Below are positions 1 through 8,076 of a stretch of 64,000 bases of DNA, piece after piece; the stretch's first letter is position 1, and each line of letters opens with the position of its first letter. The DNA is from Bacteroidaceae bacterium (GTDB lineage: Bacteria > Bacteroidota > Bacteroidia > Bacteroidales > Bacteroidaceae): the NCBI GenBank assembly GCA_024401165.1, contig JAKSLN010000001.1, positions 1,446 to 65,445 of the forward strand, in the 5' to 3' direction. Made by a program: the position numbers and the translations under genes. The notes beneath the pieces are model-generated. The model had not been told where the DNA came from. It worked only from the letters and a program-made list of their open reading frames with translations, and ran no database searches.

Positions 1-7
1 CAATGGC

Positions 8-125
8 AACTGTCACAACTGTCACTATGAGCATAGAACACCCGCTATAAGCACACGACTGCCACCATAAACACACTACGGTCACTATAAAACACATGAC
101 TGCCACTTTATGCACCATGCCAAAC
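8..125. repeat. Iteron-like array of 20-21 bp direct repeats (approx. consensus YATAARCACAYNACKGYCAC)
   Basis: Read directly: TATAAGCACACGACTGCCAC (46-65), CATAAACACACTACGGTCAC (66-85), TATAAAACACATGACTGCCAC (86-106). Degenerate copies at 26-45 and 107-125. Preceded by AACTGTCAC x2 (8-25). Confidence 0.6.
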
Positions 126-129
126 AAGC

Positions 130-163
130 GACCCCTCCCATCCCGTTACGGAATGAGAGGGGT
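130..163 (-). terminator. GC-rich hairpin downstream of the VirE-like gene (possible terminator)
   Basis: GACCCCTCCCATCCCG-TTA-CGGAATGAGAGGGGTC: 16-bp stem with 2 mismatches. On the minus strand it is followed by GCTTGTTTGG, which is only moderately T-rich. Confidence 0.35.
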
Positions 164-221
164 CAATGCTTTTAGCTTAGGGCATATTTGCCTTCGTCAA
201 CCCAAAATGCCATAAAGGTCG

Positions 222-1961
222 TCACAGTTCGTCATAAAGGGCGTCGAAGTCAATCTTGGTTTGCTGGCGTTCCAGTTCGGCCTTGCGCTTCTCCTCTTCA
301 CGCTCCTGCTCCTGCTTGAGGGCATCGATGATCTCCTGATACTGCCTCATACCCTCTTGCTTTGCCAGCTCTTCGCGTTCGCTCAGATTGACCCTCATGA
401 CATAGTACTTCTCGCCTTGGCTCGTGCGTCTGTGGTGGAATTTCATGCGATTCAGCGTCTTGCCAATGTTGACGGCATTAAGCTCGGGCGACTTGAAGGT
501 GCTCATTTCGAAGAATATCTCGCCAGCCGTCATCATCACTCCCTGTTCTGCAGGGGTGGGGATGCGGAAGTAAAGAGGAACAAGAATGTCACACAAGGAG
601 GGGATGTTGTGCTCCTTGTTGCGACGGCTGATCAGGGCCGACTCTTCTGGCGAAGTTCGATAGAGGGTGGGATCGCCCCTCTTCACCAGTGCACAGGCCT
701 GCGCGTAGGCTCCGTCAAGTGGCAGGCTGTCGTCAATTTGCTTCGTACCCTTCATCATGACGGTCAGATAGCGGCGGTCGCCTTCGGGCTGATTGATGTA
801 TCGCGGTTCGTTTGACGTGGCAATGAACGAGCAGAAACGCTTGAAGGTCTCACGGAAACGGCCGTAGGCACGTCGCAGCTTGCTCTCCGAACTCGACACG
901 ATGGCCTTCATCTGGTTGCTTGTGTGGCGGTTGAGGGTGAACTCGTCGAGGATGATGAAGACGAACTCGGACATGCTGATGCGAACGTCCTTGTCGTCGA
1001 GGCTATCGCCGGGCATCAGGGTGTTCAGGTAGGAGCGCAAGGAAGGAGGCAGAAGGTGGCGGCAGAAGAAGGTCTTGCCAATATGCTGAGAACCTACCAG
1101 TACAGGCACCACCTGGTTATCGTCCGTCTTGCCCAGGACAAGGGCAACGGCACAGACGAACCACTTCTTGAGCAGAGGCAGGCAGAAGTCGCGATCCTCC
1201 TGGCTTTCAAAGATGATGTAGTCGAAGAGCTGCTCGATGTAGTCGGTCTCCCCATCCCACTCCGGCAATGAGTCGAAATACTCCTCAACGGGATTGTAGG
1301 AAGGCGTGTTGTCGATGGAATAGAGTAGGGAGCGGAGGTCGTTTTCGCGGATGGAAATCTTCTCCACACGAAGGCGGCTGTAGATTGTGGCAAAGTTGCG
1401 GTCGTCCATGCGCTGCCAGCCTTCCACCAGCGTTCCCTTGTCGTCTTTTGGACGAAACTCGACAATGTTGTTGATGACGTTGTAACGGGTATCAATCGTA
1501 TTGCACAAGTAGCTCAATGCCATTTCAACGGCCGATGGCTTGTCTTCACCTTCGCCCGACTTGCGGGGACGTCCCACCTTGGGCTTCAACTCCTCGGGCA
1601 TGCTGATGTCAATGCCTCTGTCGGCAGCCATCTTGAAGAAGGTGCCCAGTTTTACGTACGTATCCTTGCAGCCTTCGCCAGCCTCTCGACGACGGTTAGC
1701 CTCCAGACAGTTGGTGAACTTGGCATCGCACTCCTGACGATTGTAGCCTGGGTGCAGTCGGCTGACGTCGTGGAAGAACGGACGTCCATCCTCGCCCAAA
1801 TTAGCGAAGGCGAAGCCAAGGCTCACCCAGTCGTCGTACTGCGACGTAAGGTCAACGCCTGCATTCAGTGTTCTCTCGATGACAATCTTGACGTGAGCCA
1901 GATTGCTAAAGAAGTCGCTACTATTCTTTGCGCTTCCAGAATTGCTTTTGATTGCTTTCAT
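222..1961 (-). CDS. VirE/VapE-family P-loop NTPase (helicase-like replication protein of mobile elements)
   Basis: 579-aa ORF. Walker A GSQHIGKT and Walker B FVFIILDEF. Lys/Glu-rich coiled C-terminus. The start ATG overlaps the stop of the upstream primase-like gene (ATGA at 1958-1961). Confidence 0.7.
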   Translation of the reverse strand: MKAIKSNSGSAKNSSDFFSNLAHVKIVIERTLNAGVDLTSQYDDWVSLGFAFANLGEDGRPFFHDVSRLHPGYNRQECDAKFTNCLEANRRREAGEGCKDTYVKLGTFFKMAADRGIDISMPEELKPKVGRPRKSGEGEDKPSAVEMALSYLCNTIDTRYNVINNIVEFRPKDDKGTLVEGWQRMDDRNFATIYSRLRVEKISIRENDLRSLLYSIDNTPSYNPVEEYFDSLPEWDGETDYIEQLFDYIIFESQEDRDFCLPLLKKWFVCAVALVLGKTDDNQVVPVLVGSQHIGKTFFCRHLLPPSLRSYLNTLMPGDSLDDKDVRISMSEFVFIILDEFTLNRHTSNQMKAIVSSSESKLRRAYGRFRETFKRFCSFIATSNEPRYINQPEGDRRYLTVMMKGTKQIDDSLPLDGAYAQACALVKRGDPTLYRTSPEESALISRRNKEHNIPSLCDILVPLYFRIPTPAEQGVMMTAGEIFFEMSTFKSPELNAVNIGKTLNRMKFHHRRTSQGEKYYVMRVNLSEREELAKQEGMRQYQEIIDALKQEQEREEEKRKAELERQQTKIDFDALYDEL

Positions 1962-2563
1962 AAACTATCATTTTTTTTAAGATATTTCTCATTGATGTAA
2001 CAGAGGGGGTCGTGGCTCAGATAGCAGGGTCGAGGCACGTCTTTGCCAGACTGGTCGATGTCGATGCCATAGTGGAAAGCGACGTGGCGGGCCACAACAG
2101 GGAAGAAGTCGCGGAGAGACTTGCCTCCCATATCGCCAATCTCGATGAACCACTTGAGGCCGTGTCCGCGAGGACTGATGAAAAGCAGGGAGGTCTCGAA
2201 GTGCTTGTCGTGAATGAGCTGCTCACGGAGTTGCATGAGGCGCTCCTGGCTTTCTACATCGTCGATGTCGACAACCATGAGTCCGCTGGCCTTCTTCAAT
2301 CCCTTTGCGTTTCGGTAGCTGAAGGTTCCGAATGGTGTGCAGTAGCATAGGGTGAGTGTCTTCATCTCGCGCTGCTTGTCCACGTCGGTCTCGGCACGCA
2401 GCCGCTCCGTTGCCAGTTTGGCCTCCTCACCTTTTATATAATTGTATACATCGACCATGCTCATCTCTCCATTCGGATTGCATTGCAGCACAGCCTTTCC
2501 CAACTGGTTGATGTATCCAGAACTGAAGACGGATACAACTGGAATTTTCATGTCTTCTATCAT
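1958..2563 (-). CDS. AEP/BT4734-like primase N-terminal domain protein (VirE_N type)
   Basis: DxD motif in GLMVVDIDDVES and an sGxGxH-like motif in ISPRGHGLKWF. The ORF-track start at 2593 is TTG and overlaps a TACCTTTG -7 box. The first ATG is at 2563 (MIEDMKIPVV). Confidence 0.55.
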   Translation of the reverse strand: MIEDMKIPVVSVFSSGYINQLGKAVLQCNPNGEMSMVDVYNYIKGEEAKLATERLRAETDVDKQREMKTLTLCYCTPFGTFSYRNAKGLKKASGLMVVDIDDVESQERLMQLREQLIHDKHFETSLLFISPRGHGLKWFIEIGDMGGKSLRDFFPVVARHVAFHYGIDIDQSGKDVPRPCYLSHDPLCYINEKYLKKNDSL

Positions 2564-2590
2564 ATTATAAAATTTAAAATTATTATGCTG

Positions 2591-2598
2591 CAAAGGTA
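2591..2598 (-). promoter_or_regulatory. Candidate Bacteroidota -7 box (TACCTTTG = TAnnTTTG) for the primase-helicase pair
   Basis: Plus strand CAAAGGTA at 2591-2598, about 28 nt upstream of the ATG at 2563. Confidence 0.3.
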
Positions 2599-2656
2599 CG
2601 AAGACACTTATGACTTGCGAAATTTAAATTGCACAAAAAAAACGGCAAAAACTCCA

Positions 2657-2778
2657 TTTTTGCATAGCCAAAAACCAACAAAAACAGGCCATTTCGCACA
2701 TTTTGCACAAAAATGGAGTTCGTCTATGCAAAAATCTTGTGCAAAATTGCATAAAAGGCTTGTTCTTCTATGCAAAAA
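2657..2778. promoter_or_regulatory. Repeated CTATGCAAAAA boxes (operator-like) upstream of the primase gene
   Basis: CTATGCAAAAA at 2724-2734 and 2768-2778, and an inverted copy TTTTTGCATAG at 2657-2667. Also TTTGCACA and TGTGCAAA between them. Confidence 0.4.
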
Positions 2779-2799
2779 GAGCACTCCGAGGAGTGCTCT
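2768..2799 (-). terminator. Rho-independent terminator of the 388-aa gene
   Basis: Perfect 10-bp palindrome AGAGCACTCC-GA-GGAGTGCTCT (2778-2799), 25 nt after the stop at 2824. Followed on the minus strand by TTTTGCATAG. Confidence 0.6.
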
Positions 2800-2823
2800 C
2801 TATGTAAAAAAAAGAAAAAAGTT

Positions 2824-3990
2824 CTAGGAAATACGACCAGATTGGATGTGATTGCGAATTAAAAAATTGTTTATTTTCTTGTGATCTGCAGCCAACTCAC
2901 TTTCGTCGTGACTTCCATGTACAGTTTGTAGAGCTCGCAAATTAATGACACTTTTCTCGCCTCCATTATCTGCGTATGTCTTTTTAAAGTGATTCAAACA
3001 TCGTTCTAAATACTGCGTAGTATAACTACATGGTTTGGCCCACGTCACAACCGCATAAACATATCTAGAAGGAACCTTCTTGCCTGTTATGTCGAATATG
3101 TTTTCTATTCCTTTCACCACCATTTGTATGGCATTTAAGTGTTGTGGGTCATTCCCATACAACTCAACAAATTCTTCGTCATAACCTTGCAAACGTTTAT
3201 TCTCTTGCTGTATGTAACATGATAGGGCGATTCCATCCCATACACTACAATTATGATAATATACAGATGCGAAATGCAGTTTGTCTTTCGCACGTTTCCA
3301 CTCGTTGACAAAATTCATGGCAGAATCTGGCATTTTAATTTGTCCATTTATGTCATAAGACAAACTAAAATCGTCATATTTGGAAGCAGTACGGTAGTAA
3401 TTTTCGAGGGAAGCTTTACAGGCTTCCCTATTCGCTCTTCTATCCTCAACGGCATCAACCATGTTCTTGCAATATTGCGTTGCCGATTCTATATATTGTA
3501 CACATTTATCAATCGCTTCAAACAATTCGTACACGCACGGAGAATACCCTTCATCGTTGAATGCATCTGGAGTATAGTGCTGACAAAAAAGCCACGAATG
3601 TTCAAACGATTTTAAAGGGCCAACACCCGGTGCTGCATTTTTGCACCTACCTTTTTTATTTACTTGTTCGAAAACTGAAGATAGTTTTTTAAAAACCGCT
3701 AATGACTTTTCGGCTTTCTCCCAGAAGATATATCCCTCAGTAAAAAACTCATTGTAAGGAGTAGTGTACTCAGAAATGTAATCACTCGCCATATTCTTAA
3801 TGACACGATGCTCAAATTCTACTAATGGAATGAACGCCTTAATCTCGCATGTTAAACTCTCTATATCATATTTGTCAAATTGAACGCTGGCAATAGCGCT
3901 GAAAAAGGTATCTCTGTTGAACCAGTTCAACCTTTTATTTATTTCATTAAGGTTTTCTTTTGTGTTTTCTATGACTTTTGTGTAGTACAT
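2824..3990 (-). CDS. Hypothetical protein, AT-rich orphan (no motif recognised)
   Basis: 388-aa ATG-initiated ORF with its own terminator. Clearly more AT-rich than the neighbouring genes. No signal peptide and no recognisable catalytic motif. Confidence 0.5.
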   Translation of the reverse strand: MYYTKVIENTKENLNEINKRLNWFNRDTFFSAIASVQFDKYDIESLTCEIKAFIPLVEFEHRVIKNMASDYISEYTTPYNEFFTEGYIFWEKAEKSLAVFKKLSSVFEQVNKKGRCKNAAPGVGPLKSFEHSWLFCQHYTPDAFNDEGYSPCVYELFEAIDKCVQYIESATQYCKNMVDAVEDRRANREACKASLENYYRTASKYDDFSLSYDINGQIKMPDSAMNFVNEWKRAKDKLHFASVYYHNCSVWDGIALSCYIQQENKRLQGYDEEFVELYGNDPQHLNAIQMVVKGIENIFDITGKKVPSRYVYAVVTWAKPCSYTTQYLERCLNHFKKTYADNGGEKSVINLRALQTVHGSHDESELAADHKKINNFLIRNHIQSGRIS

Positions 3991-4278
3991 AATTTTAAAT
4001 TAATTTTCGGCAAAGATACAATAGAAAAGTGTAATCTGCAAAAATCATTAGCATAAAAATGCGACTTTTTCAACAACTTTTAGAATCAGAAAAACACAAA
4101 AGTGTTCCAAAAGTAAATGTTAATCTATTGCTAAACAACGATTTAACTAATTTAAATAATGAGAAAGTTTTCCAAAACATAAAATCACTGAATTATTCAA
4201 GTTTTCCATATTCGCACTTTTTATCGCTTCTGAGAACACTTTTTTAACTTCCGAGAACACATAATGACTACCCTCGTC

Positions 4279-4321
4279 ACAAAAGAAAGGCAGGCGCACC
4301 GTGGGTGGGTGCGCCTGCCTT
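4279..4321 (-). terminator. Rho-independent terminator of dcp
   Basis: 14-bp perfect stem AAGGCAGGCGCACC / GGTGCGCCTGCCTT (4287-4321), followed on the minus strand by TCTTTTGT. It lies 25 nt after the dcp stop. Confidence 0.7.
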
Positions 4322-4345
4322 GTGTGGTATGAAAAGTTGCTTGTT

Positions 4346-6361
4346 TTACTTCAGACCGCGGCCAATGAGGAAGGCGGTGTTGTCGGGTTCGCGACCGGTA
4401 AACTCGCGGAAGAGAACCATGGGTTCTTCTGAACCTCCCTTCTCGAGGAAGGTCTGCTTGAACTTGGTGGCGAGATCCTTGTTGAAGACGTCGCCTGACT
4501 GCTCGAAGATGGAGAAGGCGTCCTTGTCGATGACCTCGGCCCAGAGGTAACCGTAGTAGCCTGCGCTATAGCCACTTGACATGATGTGGTTGAAGTAGGT
4601 GGTGCGGTAGCGATAGCCAATCTGGGGAATGAGTCCGCACTCCTGTGCCACCTTCTTCTCGAATTCGTCGATGTCGATGCCCTCAACGGATGAGAGCTCG
4701 TGCCACTTCATGTCGAGGATGGAGGCAGCGCAGAGCTCGGTGGTCATGAAGCCCTGGTTGAACTTGAGCGAGTTGTTGATCTTCTCGACGAGCTCGGCAG
4801 GGATGACCTCGCCCTTGTCGTTCTTGGCATACTCGGCGAGGAGGGCGGGCTGGAAGGCCCAGTTCTCGTTGATCTGGGAGAAGACCTCGACAAAGTCGCG
4901 GGCTACGCTGGTGCCGCTGACGGAGGCGTAGTGGCACTGGGTGAGCAGGCCGTGGAGTGCGTGTCCGAACTCGTGGAAGACGGTCTGCACCTCGTCGATG
5001 TTGCAGTACTCCTCGAGGTTGCCGACGTTGCAGATGATGGGGCGCACCATGTTGCCTTGGGCGTCGACGTACTGGTCGCGCACGTTGTTCATCCAGGCAC
5101 CGCCGCGCTTGCTGTCGCGGGGCAGGTAGTCGGTGGTGAAGATGCCCAGCAGCTCGCCCTTCTCGTTGGTCACCTTATAGGTCTTGACGAGTTCCTTGTT
5201 GTAGGCGGGGACGTCCTTCAGTTCCTCCATGTTGACGCCGTAGAGCCACTTGGCGGCGAGGAAGATGCCCTTGACGCAGTTCTCGAGCTTGAAGTAGGGC
5301 TTGATGGCAGCCTCGTCGAGGTCGTACTTCTGCTTGCGTACCTTCTCGGCATAGTACCACCAGTCCCAAGGCTCGATCTTGCTTCCGGCGGGCAGTTTGC
5401 CGGCGGCGATGTCCTCGTCCATGATCTTCTGCATGTCGGCCACCTCCTCGGTTGCACGGTTTACGGCCGCCTTCATGATGCCGTCGAGGAAGGCGTCTAC
5501 GGTTTCGGGGTCATGAGCCATCTTGGGTTCGAGGATGTAGGCAGCGGGATTGTCGTAGCCCATGATCTGTGCCTTTTCGATGCGCAGCTTCATGAGGTCG
5601 AGGAAGAGCTGGCGGTTGTCGTTCTCGTTGCCGTTGTGGCCTCGCATGGTGTACATCTCGAGCATGGCCTGGCGCTTGGCGCGGTCGTCGGTTGAGGTCA
5701 TGGCGTTGGGATAGTCGCTGACGCTGATGCCGAACTTCTCCTTGAAGGCGTTGCTCTCGGCCAGGATGTTCTGGCCCAGCTTCATGGACTTGGTTGCCTC
5801 GTCGGCGTTGATCTGCTTGAGGCGAGCCTGCTTGTCGGCGGGCAGGGCGACGCCGTTGCGCACGAAGCCCTCGTAGCTATGCTTGAGGACCATCTGCTGC
5901 TCGCGTGTGAGCTGGCTCTGGTCGGCGTTGTAGATGGCAGCCACGCGGTCGTAGAGGGCCTTGTTGAAGCTGATGTTGTCGGAGTGCTCGGAGAGCAGGG
6001 GAGTGGCAATCTCCATGATGGAGTCGAGGGCGTCGGTGCGGTCGGTCTCGGTGATGTTGTAGAGGACGCCGACCACCTTGCCTGTCAGCTGGCCCAAACG
6101 CTCGAGGGGCTCCATGGTGTTCTCGAAGGTGGGTGCCTCGGGATTGTTTACGATGGCTTCTATATCCTTGTTGTCTTGTTCGATGCCAGCTTGGAGGGCA
6201 GGGATGTAGTCGTCTACCTGAATCTGGTCGTAGGGTGGAATGCCGTAGGGCGTATCCCACTGGGTGAGGAAGGGATTCTCACGTGTGTTGGTACAGGCGG
6301 TCAGCAGCATAGCTGATGTCAAAAGATAGAAGTTAATGGTTACTAATTTGCGTAATTTCAT
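4346..6361 (-). CDS. dcp: M3-family zinc metallopeptidase, peptidyl-dipeptidase Dcp-like lipoprotein
   Basis: HEFGH zinc motif (VFHEFGHALHG). Lipoprotein signal MKLRKLVTINFYLLTSAMLLTAC. The ORF-track start at 6424 is TTG and would place a terminator hairpin inside the gene, so the start was trimmed to the ATG at 6361. Confidence 0.8.
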   Translation of the reverse strand: MKLRKLVTINFYLLTSAMLLTACTNTRENPFLTQWDTPYGIPPYDQIQVDDYIPALQAGIEQDNKDIEAIVNNPEAPTFENTMEPLERLGQLTGKVVGVLYNITETDRTDALDSIMEIATPLLSEHSDNISFNKALYDRVAAIYNADQSQLTREQQMVLKHSYEGFVRNGVALPADKQARLKQINADEATKSMKLGQNILAESNAFKEKFGISVSDYPNAMTSTDDRAKRQAMLEMYTMRGHNGNENDNRQLFLDLMKLRIEKAQIMGYDNPAAYILEPKMAHDPETVDAFLDGIMKAAVNRATEEVADMQKIMDEDIAAGKLPAGSKIEPWDWWYYAEKVRKQKYDLDEAAIKPYFKLENCVKGIFLAAKWLYGVNMEELKDVPAYNKELVKTYKVTNEKGELLGIFTTDYLPRDSKRGGAWMNNVRDQYVDAQGNMVRPIICNVGNLEEYCNIDEVQTVFHEFGHALHGLLTQCHYASVSGTSVARDFVEVFSQINENWAFQPALLAEYAKNDKGEVIPAELVEKINNSLKFNQGFMTTELCAASILDMKWHELSSVEGIDIDEFEKKVAQECGLIPQIGYRYRTTYFNHIMSSGYSAGYYGYLWAEVIDKDAFSIFEQSGDVFNKDLATKFKQTFLEKGGSEEPMVLFREFTGREPDNTAFLIGRGLK

Positions 6362-6365
6362 AGGT

Positions 6366-6407
6366 AAAATAGTTAAAAGCGTGCTCCGCCGTGTGGACGA
6401 AGCACGC
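6366..6407 (-). terminator. Terminator of the FGGY kinase gene
   Basis: Stem GCGTGCT / AGCACGC (6379-6385 / 6401-6407), followed on the minus strand by TTTTAACTATTTT. Confidence 0.5.
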
Positions 6408-6412
6408 AAATT

Positions 6413-6440
6413 ATCAATTGTCAATTATCAATTGTCAATT
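6413..6440. repeat. 14-bp tandem repeat ATCAATTGTCAATT x2
   Basis: Exact duplication at 6413-6426 and 6427-6440, between the kinase stop and its terminator. Confidence 0.8.
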
Positions 6441-6450
6441 ACTGAGGTAG

Positions 6451-7854
6451 TTACAGGCAAGCCTTCCAGCGCTCGTAAGCCTCCTTGAGTGCCTCGTTGG
6501 CAGGTTCGGGTTCGATGACGGCAATCTTCTGCAGGGTAGAGAAGGCCTCGTCGTAGTCCTTGTAGATGCCTGCACCGATGCCAGCACCACGAGCAGCGCC
6601 GGCCGCACCGTCGGTGTCGTAGAGGTGGATGGTGGCACCCGAGATGTTGGCCAGGGTCTGGCGGAAGAGGGGAGAGAGGAAGAGGTTGGCGTTGCCAGCC
6701 TTGATGGTCTTGATGTCTACACCCATCTTAGCCATGATCTCCATGCCATACATGAAAGAGAAGGCGATGCCCTCCTGGGCAGCACGTACGATGTGGGCCT
6801 TGGTGTGGATGTTGAAGTTGATGCCGTGGAGGCTGGCACCGGGATTCTCGTTGCAGAGAACGCGCTCGGCACCGTTGCCGAAGGGGATGACGCTCAGACC
6901 CTCAGCACCAACAGGAACGCTGGCAGCGAGGTCGTTCATCTCGGGATAAGAGATGCCCTCGGGAGCCACGGTACGCTTTACCCATGCGTTGAGGATGCCG
7001 GTACCGTTGATGCAGAGGAGGATGCCGTTGTGCTCGACATGCTTGAAGATGTTCACGCGGTTCTGCTCGTCGGGAGTAACCTTGGCAGCTACGCCATAGA
7101 CAACGCCGCTGGTGCCGCCGGTTGCGGCAATCTCGCCGTCGCGCACTACATTGAGTGAGAGGGCGTTGTTGGGCTGGTCGCCAGCACGGTAGCTGATGGG
7201 AGTGCCCTCGGGCATGCCCAGGATGTCGGCAATCTCCTTGCAGACGGTGCACTGTACGGAGAAGGTGGGCTTAACCTCGGGAATGAGGCTCTCGGGGAAG
7301 CCGAAGTGCTCCATGGTAGCCTTGTCGAGGCAGTCGTCCTGGAGGTTCCAGAACATACCCTCGCTCAGACCGCTGGCAGTGGTGTTGATGTCGCCGCCGC
7401 TCAGACGCAGGGCAATGTAGTCGCCGGGAAGCATGATCTTCTTCACCTTGGCGTAGATCTCGGGCTCCTCGTTCTTCACCCAAGCCAGCTTGGCAGCGGT
7501 GAAGTTGCCGTACTGAGTGCCACCGTACTTAGAGGCACGCGAGTCGCACCAGATGATGGAGGGGCGCAGCACCTTGTTATTCTCGTCTACGCAAACGAGG
7601 CCGTGCATCTGATAGCTGATACCGATGGCAGCCACGTCGGCCATGTTGGCCTTGGCAGCCACGCGCTTGGTGGCCTCTGTCAATTCGTTCCACCACATTT
7701 CGGGATCCTGCTCTGCCCAACCGGGCTGAGGTGCGCTGATGGGTGCCTCGCCGTCGGGGTACTGGGCTGCTGCAACGATAGCACCAGTCTCTGCGTCTAC
7801 CAGCGATGCCTTGACGCTGCTGGTACCAATGTCATAACCGAGTAAAAGTCTCAT
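6451..7854 (-). CDS. FGGY-family carbohydrate kinase (xylulokinase-like)
   Basis: 467 aa. N-terminal LLGYDIGTSSVKASLVD (actin-fold phosphate-1 motif) and QMHGLVCVD...LRPSIIWCDSRA, typical of XylB-like kinases. Confidence 0.75.
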   Translation of the reverse strand: MRLLLGYDIGTSSVKASLVDAETGAIVAAAQYPDGEAPISAPQPGWAEQDPEMWWNELTEATKRVAAKANMADVAAIGISYQMHGLVCVDENNKVLRPSIIWCDSRASKYGGTQYGNFTAAKLAWVKNEEPEIYAKVKKIMLPGDYIALRLSGGDINTTASGLSEGMFWNLQDDCLDKATMEHFGFPESLIPEVKPTFSVQCTVCKEIADILGMPEGTPISYRAGDQPNNALSLNVVRDGEIAATGGTSGVVYGVAAKVTPDEQNRVNIFKHVEHNGILLCINGTGILNAWVKRTVAPEGISYPEMNDLAASVPVGAEGLSVIPFGNGAERVLCNENPGASLHGINFNIHTKAHIVRAAQEGIAFSFMYGMEIMAKMGVDIKTIKAGNANLFLSPLFRQTLANISGATIHLYDTDGAAGAARGAGIGAGIYKDYDEAFSTLQKIAVIEPEPANEALKEAYERWKACL

Positions 7855-8040
7855 AATTGTGTTTTTGATTAAGTTGTTATTGTATTTCTGTTGTTTTTCT
7901 GTTGTTTTTCATACACATTTGCTCGCAAAGTTAATCATTCTTTTTGGTATAACAAGCATTAATGTGCCCAAATATGTACATTTTTGTCTGATAGGAGATA
8001 GAAAATTGATAATAGTAAAGCATAGTAGCGCGTTTTTTTG

Positions 8041-8048
8041 TAAATTTG
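8041..8048 (+). promoter_or_regulatory. Candidate -7 box TAAATTTG for the L-galactose operon
   Basis: TAnnTTTG match 29 nt upstream of the ATG at 8077, in the AT-rich divergent intergenic region. No clear -33 TTTG. Confidence 0.3.
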
Positions 8049-8076
8049 CAAGGGAAAATACTAACTTGAAAGAAAT

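Noticed and set aside
4700-5695. 331-aa plus-strand ORF, and several shorter ones, inside dcp
   Set aside because: They are antisense shadow ORFs of the M3 peptidase gene. The composition is repetitive (G, V, L, E, D) with no motifs.
6362-6424. N-terminal extensions in the ORF track. For 6362-6424, 13412-13498, 20063-20089, 25797-25892, 31726-31755, 2564-2593 and 54013-54030 the start codon is TTG. For 24964-25032 it is GTG. For 30711-30758 it is ATG.
   Set aside because: The extensions begin at TTG or GTG, or contain terminator hairpins or promoter boxes. They would also bury otherwise normal signal peptides or conserved N-termini. These CDSs were trimmed to the first plausible ATG.
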